From Patescibacteria group bacterium (lineage in GTDB: Bacteria; Patescibacteriota; Patescibacteriia; GWA2-46-9), in NCBI GenBank assembly GCA_041675205.1, contig JBAYUF010000001.1, forward strand, positions 148,863 to 212,862: a stretch of DNA of 64,000 nucleotides. Reading direction: 5' to 3'. Under the pieces are notes generated by a model. That model was not told the origin of the DNA and ran no database searches. It saw nothing but the letters and a program-made list of their open reading frames with translations. Within the stretch, counting starts at the first letter, position 1; every line of letters starts with the position of its first letter. Of this stretch, positions 47,991 through 58,439 are shown piece by piece. The position numbers were made by a program, and so were the translations under genes.

Positions 47991-50252
47991 ATGCGCTCAG
48001 AAACGCTTCGTGTTGTTGGTATGCATTGCGCATCCTGTGCGTTTAATATTGAAAAGGCCATTAAAAATAAGCCTGGCGTTGGTACCGTCGCGGTTAATTA
48101 CGCTATGGAGTCTGCGGAAATTACTTATGACGAAAAGGCGACAACTATAGCCGACCTGTCTAAAGAAATTGCGCCACTTGGCTATTCGTTTGCGACTCAA
48201 GATGCGGCAATGGAACATCACGCCGGTGCTGATATGAAAGCTGACGAGCTTACGACGCTTCGCCACAAAGTTGTGGTCGCTATTCCGCTTGTGGTCATTA
48301 GTGTTTTTATAATGGTACTGGAATTTTTGGTGTATCCATTTGCGGTTATTCCTGAATTGCCAGTTGCGGCAGAAGAGTTTATGCACCATCTTATGCCAGT
48401 GCTCGCCACGGTGGCTCTCTTTTTGGTTGGTGACCAGTATATAAAAGGCGTATGGGTATTTTTGCGCCACGGTGTTGCCAATATGGATACGCTCGTTGGC
48501 ATAGGCACGATGACGGCTTTTGCATATAGCTTTATTATCGCTGCTTTTGAGCAGCAGCTCGCACCATACATAGACGTGACCCACAGTTATTATGATGTTG
48601 TCGTCGTGGTCATTGGCCTTATTACGCTCGGCAAGTATTTAGAGGCGAACGCCAAGCGTAGAACTGGAGATGCCATTCGCGCCTTGCTCGGACTGCAGGT
48701 CAAGACGGCGCTCGTCGTGCGTGATGGCGTCGAGCAAGAGCTAGCAGTTGACCAAGTAAAACATGGCGACATTATTATGATTAAGCCGGGCATGCGTATA
48801 CCGGTTGACGGTACGGTACTGTCTGGTAGTTCATACGTTGACGAAGCAATGGTGACCGGTGAACCTATGCCAGTAGAGAAGCGTGTTGGTGAAAACGTCG
48901 TGGCGGGAACGGTAAACACAACTGGTAATTTTACATTCACAGCCACAGGCGTTGGTGAGGAAACCTTGCTGGCAAGTATTGTGAAGCTAGTAGCAGCGGC
49001 GCAAGGATCGCGTGCGCCAATTCAGCGTTTGGCAGATGCCATCTCTCAAGTATTTGTACCGACCGTTATTGGAATTTCTTTTGTAACTTTAGGTCTTTGG
49101 CTTACCGTTGGGCCACAGTATTTGCCTTTTGCTACCGCCCTTTCACTTGGCTTGACGTGTTTTGTTGGCGTACTGGTCATTGCCTGTCCTTGCGCCTTGG
49201 GTTTAGCGACACCAACAGCAATTATTGTGGGGGTAGGAAAGGCGGCGCAAGATGGCATTTTAATTAAGAACGCAGAAGTATTGGAACGATTACACAAAGT
49301 AACAACACTCGTCATTGATAAGACTGGCACGCTCACCGAAGGTAAACCTCGCGTGACAAGTGTGATTCCTTTGGGAGGTCATAGTGAGGACGAAGTACTC
49401 TCGTATGCAGCCGCTCTTGAATCGTTGTCTGAGCATCCCATTGCCACAAGCATTGTGGCTGCGGCAGAAGCAAAACACGTAACAAAAGTACTCGTGAGTA
49501 ATTTTGAAAATATGCCGGGTGTTGGTGTGAGGGGTGATATTGCTGGTGAAGTGTATTACATAGGTGGCCCAGCACTACTCACAAAACTCACTCTTCCTGT
49601 GCCAGCGGAACTTACTGTAATTGCTAACCAAGGTGCGACCGCTGTGGTGCTCGTAGCGAAGCAGCAAATTCTGGGTGTCATTGCTGTGGGAGATGAAGTG
49701 AAGGCCGGTGCGAAACAGGCAGTTCAAGAGCTGCAACACCTTGGTGTCAATGTGATTATGGCTACAGGAGATCATGTTATGTCGGCAAAATTTGTGGCGG
49801 CTGCGGTGGGCATTGAGCCAGAAAATATTATTGCTGGATTACTTCCAGCAGATAAACTGACGTTGGTGCGTGAATGGCAAGCGAAAGGTGCGATTGTGGC
49901 GGTTGCTGGAGATGGCGTGAACGACGCGCCGGCGCTTGCGCAGGCGAACGTTGGAATTGCCATGGCAACCGGCACAGATGTTTCTATTGAGGCAAGCGAT
50001 GTAACGTTGCTTCATGGCGACATAACGAAAGTTGCCAAAGCTATTCTGTTATCGCGCCGTACTATGAGAACCATTCGGCAAAATCTTTTCTGGGCATTCG
50101 CGTACAATGTCATTGGTATACCGCTCGCGGCTGGTCTCTTTTATCCAGTGTTTGGGTGGCTGCTTTCACCGGTTTTCGCTGGGTTTGCTATGGCGTTCTC
50201 TAGTGTGTCTGTATTAGGTAACTCCCTACGCTTGAAATTAATACGTTTATAA
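47991..50252 (+). CDS. copA: Copper-translocating P1B-type ATPase
   Basis: GMHCASC HMA domain, TGE, CPCALG, DKTGT, HP, GDGVND, YN..P, MAFSS. Confidence 0.96.
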   Translation: MRSETLRVVGMHCASCAFNIEKAIKNKPGVGTVAVNYAMESAEITYDEKATTIADLSKEIAPLGYSFATQDAAMEHHAGADMKADELTTLRHKVVVAIPLVVISVFIMVLEFLVYPFAVIPELPVAAEEFMHHLMPVLATVALFLVGDQYIKGVWVFLRHGVANMDTLVGIGTMTAFAYSFIIAAFEQQLAPYIDVTHSYYDVVVVVIGLITLGKYLEANAKRRTGDAIRALLGLQVKTALVVRDGVEQELAVDQVKHGDIIMIKPGMRIPVDGTVLSGSSYVDEAMVTGEPMPVEKRVGENVVAGTVNTTGNFTFTATGVGEETLLASIVKLVAAAQGSRAPIQRLADAISQVFVPTVIGISFVTLGLWLTVGPQYLPFATALSLGLTCFVGVLVIACPCALGLATPTAIIVGVGKAAQDGILIKNAEVLERLHKVTTLVIDKTGTLTEGKPRVTSVIPLGGHSEDEVLSYAAALESLSEHPIATSIVAAAEAKHVTKVLVSNFENMPGVGVRGDIAGEVYYIGGPALLTKLTLPVPAELTVIANQGATAVVLVAKQQILGVIAVGDEVKAGAKQAVQELQHLGVNVIMATGDHVMSAKFVAAAVGIEPENIIAGLLPADKLTLVREWQAKGAIVAVAGDGVNDAPALAQANVGIAMATGTDVSIEASDVTLLHGDITKVAKAILLSRRTMRTIRQNLFWAFAYNVIGIPLAAGLFYPVFGWLLSPVFAGFAMAFSSVSVLGNSLRLKLIRL

Positions 50253-50255
50253 ACT

Positions 50256-51281
50256 ATGGCATCTACCACAAAAACTTTTTCCGTTCACGGTATGCACTGT
50301 GCGTCGTGCGTTGTAGTTATTAACGATACGCTGAAGGCAATGCCAGGTGTGGCGGCGGTTGATACTAATCTTGCGAAGCAATCAGTTACCGTAACTGGTG
50401 AATTTGAACAAAGCGACAACGAACTTGCCGAGCGTTTTACGGAAGGTGTAAAGCATCACGGCTACACCATAACTGAACTCGGTGTTGTTCCGTTGAAAGC
50501 CGTGCTGTGGCGAGATTTTGCAATTGGCGGGATTATTGCTTTTTTGATAGTTGCGGGATTTCTCGCGCTACAGAAAATGGGCATCGGTAACATTTTAGGC
50601 GGCACTGGAATGAGTTACCTCACCGCATTTCTTGTGGGTATTGTTGCTTCACTATCTACATGCCTTGCTATTGTTGGCGGCTTGGTCCTCACGTTGTCGT
50701 CAACGTATGCGCAGAGCGGGAAGAGTTGGCGACCACATGCTGCATTCCATGTAGGTCGACTTGTGGGCTTCTTTATTTTGGGTGGGCTTATTGGTATTGC
50801 GGGTAGCACGTTTCAAATAGCCACCAGTTGGACTGCGGGCATAAGTATTGCTGTTGGTGTTGTTATGTTCCTACTGGGCCTTAGTCTTCTTGAGATAATG
50901 CCTGCGGCAAGTCGGTTGTTACCGCGTTTACCAAGCACGCTGCACAAGCGACTTTCTACTCAAGGGAGTGGCGGTGCAGCTGCACCATTCTTTATTGGTG
51001 CCGCAACATTTTTCTTACCCTGTGGATTTACGCAGTCAATGCAGCTATATGCGCTTTCAACAGGAAGCTTCATAACCGGTGCGCTTACTATGTTCATATT
51101 TACCCTTGGAACGTTGCCAGTACTCCTGTTACTTTCGTTTGGAGCATTTGAGGTGCGTAATAGGTCTTGGCGCGGTATCTTTTTTAAAGCAGCCGGTCTT
51201 CTGGTAATTATACTGGCGCTCTTTAATGTTTATAATGCACTAGCTGTGTTAGGATTTGTGCAGCCAGTAAACATTTTTTAG
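50256..51281 (+). CDS. HMA domain + DsbD_2/TauE-like membrane protein
   Basis: GMHCASC, STCLAIVGG, GR, FFLPCGFTQ. Confidence 0.85.
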   Translation: MASTTKTFSVHGMHCASCVVVINDTLKAMPGVAAVDTNLAKQSVTVTGEFEQSDNELAERFTEGVKHHGYTITELGVVPLKAVLWRDFAIGGIIAFLIVAGFLALQKMGIGNILGGTGMSYLTAFLVGIVASLSTCLAIVGGLVLTLSSTYAQSGKSWRPHAAFHVGRLVGFFILGGLIGIAGSTFQIATSWTAGISIAVGVVMFLLGLSLLEIMPAASRLLPRLPSTLHKRLSTQGSGGAAAPFFIGAATFFLPCGFTQSMQLYALSTGSFITGALTMFIFTLGTLPVLLLLSFGAFEVRNRSWRGIFFKAAGLLVIILALFNVYNALAVLGFVQPVNIF

Positions 51282-51287
51282 GAAAAT

Positions 51288-51689
51288 ATGAGAGGTTTTA
51301 TTCTTGTCTTTGGCGTTGGTATGGGGGCTGCTTTAATAATGGCGGTACTATGGTTTGCTGTGCCGGACAATAACGTAGATGTGGCAACTACTGGAGACGC
51401 CGTGACAGTTCTCGAAGATGGTAGTCAGCGCATTACCATATTGGCCCGGGGAGGTTACTCGCCACGGCAGGTAACAGCAAAGGCTGGTATTCCTACGACG
51501 CTGCGTATGAAGACAAATGGTACGTACGATTGCTCGGCCAGTCTTGTTATACCGTCCTTAGGCTACGAAGCGACGTTACCCTCGACAGGTGAAAAAGATA
51601 TTCAGATTTCGGCCAGTCAAGCTAAAGGAACGTTGGATGGCCTCTGTAGTATGGGCATGTACAGTTTTCGTATAAGCTTTGTTAATTAG
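51288..51689 (+). CDS. Cupredoxin-domain protein
   Basis: GGYSP, C, CSMGMY. Confidence 0.85.
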   Translation: MRGFILVFGVGMGAALIMAVLWFAVPDNNVDVATTGDAVTVLEDGSQRITILARGGYSPRQVTAKAGIPTTLRMKTNGTYDCSASLVIPSLGYEATLPSTGEKDIQISASQAKGTLDGLCSMGMYSFRISFVN

Positions 51690-51776
51690 AGTGTTGAATA
51701 TTTTGGAGGGTCGTGTATGATTGGCTTCATTACCTATCAGAGGGTGATTTTTTAAAAAATGTATTCTCGGTAAAGC

Positions 51777-51848
51777 TCCGGGGTAGCTCAGCGGTAGAGC
51801 AGTGCGCTGTTAACGCATTGGTCGTGGGTTCGAGTCCCACCCCCGGAG
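51777..51848 (+). tRNA. tRNA-Asn(GTT), CCA not encoded
   Basis: TCCGGGG/CCCCGGA acceptor stem, TAGCTCAG, TGCG-CTGTTAA-CGCA, GGTTCGAGTCC. Confidence 0.96.
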
Positions 51849-52203
51849 CTTTGGAGAGAATACGACAAAGAGAAGGGGGAGCGAATGAACTGCTTCATTC
51901 GCGTTGGGGCGAGAAAGCCGGAACGATGTCTGAGGAGTACTGCTGACGACGAAGACCGTGAGGCGGGGTCGCGACCAAGGAGGCGGAAGCCGACGAGAGT
52001 TGTGACCGAGTCCCACCCCCGGAGCTTTGGAGAGAATACGACAAAGAGAAGGGGGAGCGAATGAACTGCTTCATTCGCGTTGGGGCGAGAAGCGCGCAGC
52101 GATGTTCGACGAGGATTGCCGCCGAGGCGAACCGCGAGCGGCGGCCTGCGAACGCTGAGGTGGAAACCGAAGCGATTTGTAGGAGAGTCCCACCCCCGGA
52201 GCT
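51832..52203 (+). repeat. tRNA-linked tandem repeats (176/177-bp period)
   Basis: GAGTCCCACCCCCGGAGCT at 51832, 52008, 52185; first 84 nt of units 1 and 2 identical. Confidence 0.93.
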
Positions 52204-52251
52204 ATCAAAGGACGTCTGTTACTAGCAGGTGTTTTTTGTTACCCTCTACGC

Positions 52252-52560
52252 ATGGCGCCGTATCAATCGTTTAAAATATTCTTGATTGACACGGTTGGAT
52301 TATCTAAAAATGGCTTTCATTTCCTCTTGGGTATTTTTGTCTATTTGGGGGCAGCAAAGGTCTTTAAGATTAAGCTTTCCTCAGCGAAGTCCTTGATCGC
52401 GCCAGCTGTTTTCGCTTTGCTAATGGAAGTGATGGATTTTCGTGACGCAACAGCATACGGTTCGCATTTAAATTGGGTCGATAGTGCAAATGATAGCTTA
52501 TTAACTATTTCACTGCCGTTAACTATCTGGATATACATAAAGCTGCGTAACAGGTTCTGA
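52252..52560 (+). CDS. Small membrane protein
   Basis: GLSK..FH..LG, E..D; three TM segments. Confidence 0.65.
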   Translation: MAPYQSFKIFLIDTVGLSKNGFHFLLGIFVYLGAAKVFKIKLSSAKSLIAPAVFALLMEVMDFRDATAYGSHLNWVDSANDSLLTISLPLTIWIYIKLRNRF

Positions 52561-52622
52561 TATCGTCCGCGATTCGGAGTTTTGGTAAAAATATTTTGTG
52601 CCACTACAAATCTACATTAGAT

Positions 52623-53018
52623 ATGCCAAACGGTAAGGAAGAAAATTTTTCTGAAGGTCACGAGCCGTCAGTTGCTGATGGTGATATGAATACGGAAAGA
52701 GAAAGAACTGAAGCGAGTTCTTCGGGTGAGTTTTCATTTCGCGACGAGGGTAATGTAGCTGAAATACGAATTGATGACCCGGACCGCCTTTGGCGAGTGT
52801 GCCGATCCATTTGTGCAGTCTTGGGAAATGAAATAGCAGATAATCGGCGAGATTATTTTTTCAATAAAGAAATGGGCGGCGAGTTGCGGCCTGGTGGGGT
52901 ATTCTGTGTAACTTTGACAAGCCCAGGTGTTATTTGGGCCTCCGTTCGAAATAATAAAGGAAATCCCGAATACGTTGCCTTGCTACGAAGAGCTGTTGAG
53001 GAAGCGTGCGCATCATGA
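52623..53018 (+). CDS. Hypothetical protein
   Basis: Open frame with acidic N-terminus; in a co-oriented run after the tRNA. Confidence 0.55.
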   Translation: MPNGKEENFSEGHEPSVADGDMNTERERTEASSSGEFSFRDEGNVAEIRIDDPDRLWRVCRSICAVLGNEIADNRRDYFFNKEMGGELRPGGVFCVTLTSPGVIWASVRNNKGNPEYVALLRRAVEEACAS

Positions 53019-53102
53019 ATCGGAATGTATCAAATGCCCAGCTTTTAATCTCAAGCGCATGCTAGTTATTGCGGCAACGGTAGTAAAAAATGTAGAGCAA
53101 CA

Positions 53103-53537
53103 ATGAAAATAATAATTTCTAAATCGGTTAAAAAAGCATCGGAGACCAAAGTACCTGCTGATCTTCGGAAAGCCCTTGCGGCTACTCCTAAGGTAGGAAG
53201 GCTTTGGGAAAATCTCACACCAATCGCTCGCAGAGACTTTATTAGCTGGATTGTTTCAGCCAAACAGCCAGAGACGCGGCAGCGCCGAATCGAGCGAGTT
53301 CCAGACATGCTTATGTCCGGGAAGCGTCGCCCTTGCTGCTATGCGCTTGTGCCAATGGATTTATATAGGGTTGTTGGGGCGAGTGCAAAGGCGAAGGCTA
53401 AGTGGCACGAGCTTACTTCGAATCAACGTAGAGATTTTATTGATTGGGTAGAATCAGCAAAGGAGTCGGAGACGCACAAGAAAAGAATTCAGAAAATTTG
53501 CAGTACGTTGGCAGCTGGAAAGACATTAAAAATTTAG
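53103..53537 (+). CDS. YdeI/OmpD-associated domain protein (tandem domains)
   Basis: VPADL..AL..W..LT..RRDFI.W..SAK..ETR..RI repeated twice. Confidence 0.85.
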   Translation: MKIIISKSVKKASETKVPADLRKALAATPKVGRLWENLTPIARRDFISWIVSAKQPETRQRRIERVPDMLMSGKRRPCCYALVPMDLYRVVGASAKAKAKWHELTSNQRRDFIDWVESAKESETHKKRIQKICSTLAAGKTLKI

Positions 53538-53645
53538 AAGGTAAAATTGTTAAAGTGTTGAGCGTATAAAAAGATTTTAAAATTGACGAGGGGCGGGAAG
53601 ATGCGATGATCTTCCCGCCCCGTCGAACTTGCCCCCCGGGGTCTC

Positions 53646-54758
53646 CTACTTTGGGGGGTAGGTCTTCAGGAACGTGGTCCTGAAGGTTTCGAAAACATCT
53701 TTGCCTCTCCGCCGCCACCAAAGGCGGGCGTAGGCGTCGTCTCGGTTCATGCCAGCCCGCTTCTGGAACAGTTCGTCGGCCTCCTCCACTACCAGCCGGA
53801 ACTCATTGATCTCGAGAAGGGTGGGGTCGGTGGCGGCGACCTCATCCCACGTGAGGTTTGTGAGGTATCGCCCCACGACCTCGTTCGAGATTTGCATCTC
53901 CTTTGCCATCCGCACGAGGATGGCGGCGGCCTGTTCTCGCAGCAGTAGCCGGATTGGATTCGGACTCGTGACGTAGAACTCCCATGCCCAGTGCATGGGC
54001 CACGATACGTGGTGCAGTGCCAACTTCCATTGCTCCTCCGGCAGGTCCTCTTCCTCCGATACAGCGGTCAGAGACGATTGCAGCCTCTGAAGCTGTTCGG
54101 TCAGGCCGCTCTGGTCGAGCGCCGCTCTGATACCTGTGTTCAAGTCGTCGCCTGCCGCCTTGACGGTGTCCAGCGGTCGTGGGACCGCGAAGAACCGTTT
54201 CTCGATGTCGTCGACGTTCACCGTCCAGGCCATTTTCCCGTCGACAATTTGTCCGTACGAGAGAAAAACGACTTTGTTCTCCTCGTAGCGGTCGCTGACG
54301 AGGATGGGCGTGTTTCTCGGTAGGGGTCTCGGGACCCAGTTGATCTTGACGAGGGGGTTTCCGGGGTCCTTCCATCCAACCTCGTAGTCAAACCCTTCGC
54401 AGTTGGACACAAGGCCACTGCTGTCCAGGTCGATGAGCGAGAAGGTGTCGGCGGATGAAACCACCTTCCAGCATTCACTCCCGACGATGTTTCTCCCCCT
54501 GACGACGTTCCAGATGCGGAGCACCTGGCTGGCCACCGAAAGCCGGTAGAGGCCGTCGGTCATCTCAGGTTGGTTCTCCGTGTTGCACTCGATCTCGGCA
54601 CCCGTCACCTTGCAGAGATCGAAGTTGTTTTTGCCCTGGATCTCCACCGCCGGCTGGTAGAACGGCTCGACCATCTGCGCAGGCGATGCCGTTGCCGTGA
54701 ACGTGAATACGACGACGAGCGCAGCCAGCAGCCGCGCCAATGAAAACAAACTGGCCAT
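53646..54758 (-). CDS. Secreted hypothetical protein (GC-rich)
   Basis: Signal peptide, GGAGG SD, hairpin 53590-53621 downstream. Confidence 0.75.
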   Translation of the reverse strand: MASLFSLARLLAALVVVFTFTATASPAQMVEPFYQPAVEIQGKNNFDLCKVTGAEIECNTENQPEMTDGLYRLSVASQVLRIWNVVRGRNIVGSECWKVVSSADTFSLIDLDSSGLVSNCEGFDYEVGWKDPGNPLVKINWVPRPLPRNTPILVSDRYEENKVVFLSYGQIVDGKMAWTVNVDDIEKRFFAVPRPLDTVKAAGDDLNTGIRAALDQSGLTEQLQRLQSSLTAVSEEEDLPEEQWKLALHHVSWPMHWAWEFYVTSPNPIRLLLREQAAAILVRMAKEMQISNEVVGRYLTNLTWDEVAATDPTLLEINEFRLVVEEADELFQKRAGMNRDDAYARLWWRRRGKDVFETFRTTFLKTYPPK

Positions 54759-55059
54759 GGTATTTCCTCCCTGGCTTTTCTTTGGAAAGAGCAGTGAATG
54801 TTCGTCCTTGCTCCCTCCTGTTAATCGGTACAGAACGAACCCAATTTTTTACACTAATTTTATTCATTTGTCAATGGTATATGAATAAAATTCTTCCTTT
54901 TTAAATTTATTGACGTTCGATAGTTTTTAGAACAAGATGAGGTGCTCTTTGACAATGTAAGAGTTGGGTATTCTGGGTAGCTTTTTGCCGCTTAGGGTAT
55001 CCAGCTCTTGCAAAAAGAGATGGAAATACGAACTGCAGAGAACCAGAAGGAGATTTGAG

Positions 55060-56028
55060 ATGGAATCCATTTTGATTTTTGGACCCAACGTGGCAGAAAC
55101 CCTGGTGGAGGATATCACCACAGAGCTTCGTCGGCGATACGGCCACGACGTGGTGTCGGTGCCGGTTACGTGGAGAGCGTTCACAGACGGTGAATCAACA
55201 CTGCGACTAGATGGCAATGTTCGTGGGCGAGATACGTACGTCATCCAGTCAACGAATGCTCCTGGTAACTTGATGGCGATGAAGTTGCTCCTTCAGGCAG
55301 CCAACCTTGCTTCGGCAGGACGGTTGACTGCAGTCATTCCGTACTTTGGGTACGGACGACAAGACCGTAAGGATCAGCCACGTACGCCGATTACGGCAAA
55401 GCTTGTGGCTCGTGAGATCGAAGCCGCAATGGGTGTTTCGCAACCACGACACGTGGTTCTCGTTCATCCTCACTTTTCGCAGTTGCAAGGTTTTTTCGAT
55501 ATTCCTTCAGACGTGCTTTTCCCGACGGAGGAGTTCGTTGGTGTGATCTCAAAGCTCGACACTGGTGGTAAGCCGTTGGTGTTCGTCGCGGCTGACATTG
55601 GTGGCGTCAAGCAGGCAGACGTGTTCGCTAAACGGCTTAAAACTCCAATGGCTATCGTTCACAAACGCCGCGACCCAACAACTGGCGAACTTGGTGAGGC
55701 AACGGTTATCGGTGATGTTCGTGGATATGCCTGCATCGTCGTTGACGATATGTTCGACACGTGCGGGACTCTGCGTCATGCGGCGGTCGCATTGTGCGAA
55801 GCTGGAGCAGCGTCGGTGTATGCTTGTGCGACGCACGGTATATTCTCCGGCCCTGCCGTCGAGAGAATTGCTGCTGCGCCTGTGCAGCAGATTATCGTCA
55901 CCGATACGTTGCCGCAAGTAGATGGTGGTTTTTCTGGTCGTGTTCGAACAATCGGTTGCGGAAAGCTCATTGCGACGGCAATTTGGTGCGATAACACTGA
56001 CAACAGTTTGTCGAGCCTAACCGTTTAG
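55060..56028 (+). CDS. prs: Ribose-phosphate pyrophosphokinase
   Basis: FTDGE, PYFGYGRQDRK, QGFFDIP, D.GG, KRR, VDDMFDTCGT, ATHGIFSG. Confidence 0.95.
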   Translation: MESILIFGPNVAETLVEDITTELRRRYGHDVVSVPVTWRAFTDGESTLRLDGNVRGRDTYVIQSTNAPGNLMAMKLLLQAANLASAGRLTAVIPYFGYGRQDRKDQPRTPITAKLVAREIEAAMGVSQPRHVVLVHPHFSQLQGFFDIPSDVLFPTEEFVGVISKLDTGGKPLVFVAADIGGVKQADVFAKRLKTPMAIVHKRRDPTTGELGEATVIGDVRGYACIVVDDMFDTCGTLRHAAVALCEAGAASVYACATHGIFSGPAVERIAAAPVQQIIVTDTLPQVDGGFSGRVRTIGCGKLIATAIWCDNTDNSLSSLTV

Positions 56029-56073
56029 CAAGGAATTGTTGAGTTACGCCAACACAGAGAAGGAGGAACTGGA

Positions 56074-56271
56074 ATGGTCAAAGGAAGGCCGCAAGTGGCG
56101 ATCCGTCGCTCTCTCAAGCGTTTGGCTGCGAACGCAATCGGCTGCACTGTCGCGTCGCTCGGGTGGCGCGATGCCCAACTCGTCGATGTCGCTACGGGGG
56201 TGCCGATTCCCGGCATTCCTAGGGTACCGAAGTATCCTGCGCCGACGAGTGCATCGAAACGTCGGCAGTAG
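56074..56271 (+). CDS. Small basic hypothetical protein
   Basis: AAGGAGG SD; lies between prs and the terminator at 56330-56360. Confidence 0.45.
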   Translation: MVKGRPQVAIRRSLKRLAANAIGCTVASLGWRDAQLVDVATGVPIPGIPRVPKYPAPTSASKRRQ

Positions 56272-56469
56272 TCGACTATAACCCAGGGCACATCTGGGAA
56301 CAACGAGGGGAAGAACTATAAGGAAATCAAAAAGAGGGAACATGTGCCGTTCCCTCTTTTATAGTGATTGAAAACGTAGAAGGTGAATTACTGTTTGCAA
56401 GTAGTACCACCGAGCTCAGAGCGGACGAGTTAATGGAGAAAGCGTACCTGAGTTGAGGTTCTTGGTGCG

Positions 56470-57144
56470 TTAGCGTGGTTCGGTAAACAAGACGCGTTTA
56501 GGGCCAGCAGTATACTCTTTGTTTGCAAGGTAATCGTGCAAAGCTGAAAGGAGAACATCGTATGCATAGCGGTAGTTTTTACCTGCTTCAGTACCTGGGT
56601 CGTTGGTAATAAATTCGTTGGTTGCGTCGTCGTAACCAGTGATGACAATAACATGATAGTCTGGGCCGCTACCGGTATAGTTTGGGTTGTTAAGCAGCGG
56701 GGCATAAACGGGAGCAATAATTGGGTGATTACTCGTTAGCTCAGTTTTGATGTCCTCTAGACTGGGGTCGTTCACTACACGCGCTTTCCAAATAAGGTCA
56801 CCGCTATTAATAATTTCTGCGATGCGCTCAAGTGATTCGTCTTTTGATGCGGGGGCAGTGTCTTTTTTCAATTGAAAGACAGCAAGTATTTGTTGGCGTG
56901 CTTTTTCAACCGTCAGCCCCTCGTCTTTGTAAAAGTTTTGAATCATGACAATCGAAGCTTCCTCACAAGCATTTTGCCATGGCTCTTGCCATTTGCCTTC
57001 TGGTGCTTGACTCGTGAACGGTACGTCGATCTCTTTGGCGACTGGTGAAAAATTTTGAAACCTTACTATTGCTGCTACGGCGAGCAGCGCACATAGGGCA
57101 ATGAAGCCAAATAGTCCGGTAACCACTTTTTTAGAAAAATGCAT
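56470..57144 (-). CDS. C39-like peptidase family protein
   Basis: VPFTSQAP, ACEEAS, YHVIVITGYD, NDPG. Confidence 0.88.
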   Translation of the reverse strand: MHFSKKVVTGLFGFIALCALLAVAAIVRFQNFSPVAKEIDVPFTSQAPEGKWQEPWQNACEEASIVMIQNFYKDEGLTVEKARQQILAVFQLKKDTAPASKDESLERIAEIINSGDLIWKARVVNDPSLEDIKTELTSNHPIIAPVYAPLLNNPNYTGSGPDYHVIVITGYDDATNEFITNDPGTEAGKNYRYAYDVLLSALHDYLANKEYTAGPKRVLFTEPR

Positions 57145-57184
57145 GCTGTAAGTCTAGCATTGATTGTTCTGTTATACTTTATAT

Positions 57185-58300
57185 ATGCACCTCAGCTCTG
57201 CCAAGATTGTTAGTATAGTGTTCGTGCTCGCTTTATTATTGAGTGGCGTGTATTCGTTTGGATCAAGATATTTTTCAATGTCAATTGAGCAACCAATAGC
57301 AGTACAAACAGAACAAGAGGTCAGTGATAAAGAAGAAAAATTAGGAACTGTTCAAACAATTTATTTTCCGGTAGACGGCTATCTCAGTCGGCGAACATTT
57401 AAATCATTTGGTGAGTATATTGAAGATCGATTTACCGGTTATCATGTAGCTGACGACATAGAATTTACAGATGTTACGGATGATGTGCCGGTCGTGTCAA
57501 TCGCCGAAGGAACAGTTCGCCGTGCGGAGCACATATCTGGATATGGTGGCTTAGTTATCATTCGGCACACGCTTCCGACTGGCGAAGTGAATGCGCTCTA
57601 TGGTCATTTGGATTTAGCGAACACAAAACTGCAGGTTGGAGACGTTGTTGCTGCAGGGTCGCGCGTTGGCGTTCTTGGACAAGGGGGAAGTACTGCCACG
57701 GATGGCGAGCGTAAGCATTTGCATTTCGGGCTTTATAGTGGCGAAGATGTGCGGTTACAGGGGTATGAAAAGATTGCCTCACGTGTTGCTAGCTGGATAA
57801 ACCCAACAGATTTTTTCACAGACAACGGTGTGGTGCTTGAAGAACAGGGTAGAATGTTTGACCAAAAGAGTGAGCGTGACGGGGAGGAGTTTCCTATTCA
57901 ATTTTGGTTACCTCGCGGTGCTGAGGTTGAGTATGTGCCGCAAATAAAAGCGTTGAATGTTTTTTCTCTCAGTGGCAGTGGTACGGCTCGTGAACGGTCA
58001 CTTTTCTTTATTCGCTTTTTTGATGCTGATTCTTTCCAGACACTGAGTACGGTTATGGTGCATTCTAAAGAAAATACAGTTGTCGGCGCGGAGCAATATA
58101 GCGCCCGGCGTTATGACATTGAGAAAAAAGACAGTGCGACAGATTTCCCTTTTCAGCCACTATGGCGGAACGAGCGGCATATTGTCACAGACGTTACGAC
58201 AGGCTCGGGTTTTCGTCGGTATTATGTTGTCGCAAAGAATCCTACGATTTCAGAGGATACGTATAAAGATTTTTTAAAAAGTTTGGTGATTTTGAAGTAA
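57185..58300 (+). CDS. M23 family metallopeptidase with C-terminal extension
   Basis: HVADD (HxxxD), YGHL, HLHF; N-terminal TM. Confidence 0.88.
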   Translation: MHLSSAKIVSIVFVLALLLSGVYSFGSRYFSMSIEQPIAVQTEQEVSDKEEKLGTVQTIYFPVDGYLSRRTFKSFGEYIEDRFTGYHVADDIEFTDVTDDVPVVSIAEGTVRRAEHISGYGGLVIIRHTLPTGEVNALYGHLDLANTKLQVGDVVAAGSRVGVLGQGGSTATDGERKHLHFGLYSGEDVRLQGYEKIASRVASWINPTDFFTDNGVVLEEQGRMFDQKSERDGEEFPIQFWLPRGAEVEYVPQIKALNVFSLSGSGTARERSLFFIRFFDADSFQTLSTVMVHSKENTVVGAEQYSARRYDIEKKDSATDFPFQPLWRNERHIVTDVTTGSGFRRYYVVAKNPTISEDTYKDFLKSLVILK

Positions 58301-58322
58301 CGAATATTCAACAAGATTTACT

Positions 58323-58421
58323 TTGCTTTTTTGGGTCGATTTCAGTAAGGTGCATTCGTTCTTGAATCATTCATCGGTCACTTGGTCATTGAAATGTACT
58401 CGCCACATGGCGGGGAATAAC
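58323..58421 (+). promoter_or_regulatory. Promoter plus conserved pur leader motif, copy A
   Basis: TTGCTT-17-TAAGGT; shares four sequence blocks with 59994-60091. Confidence 0.7.
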
Positions 58422-58439
58422 GTAGGTAGGAGTATAACG

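Noticed and set aside
47689-51689. Copper cluster as a novel system
   Set aside because: csoR-copA-HMA/DsbD_2-cupredoxin with a G/C-tract operator is a well-known arrangement
51832-52203. CRISPR array
   Set aside because: The repeat is the tRNA 3' end, unit sizes (84 + ~92 nt) are outside CRISPR norms, there are only two full units, and no cas genes are in the window
51713-52274. ORFs 51713-51946, 51810-52016 and 52080-52274
   Set aside because: They overlap tRNA-Asn and its repeats; spurious
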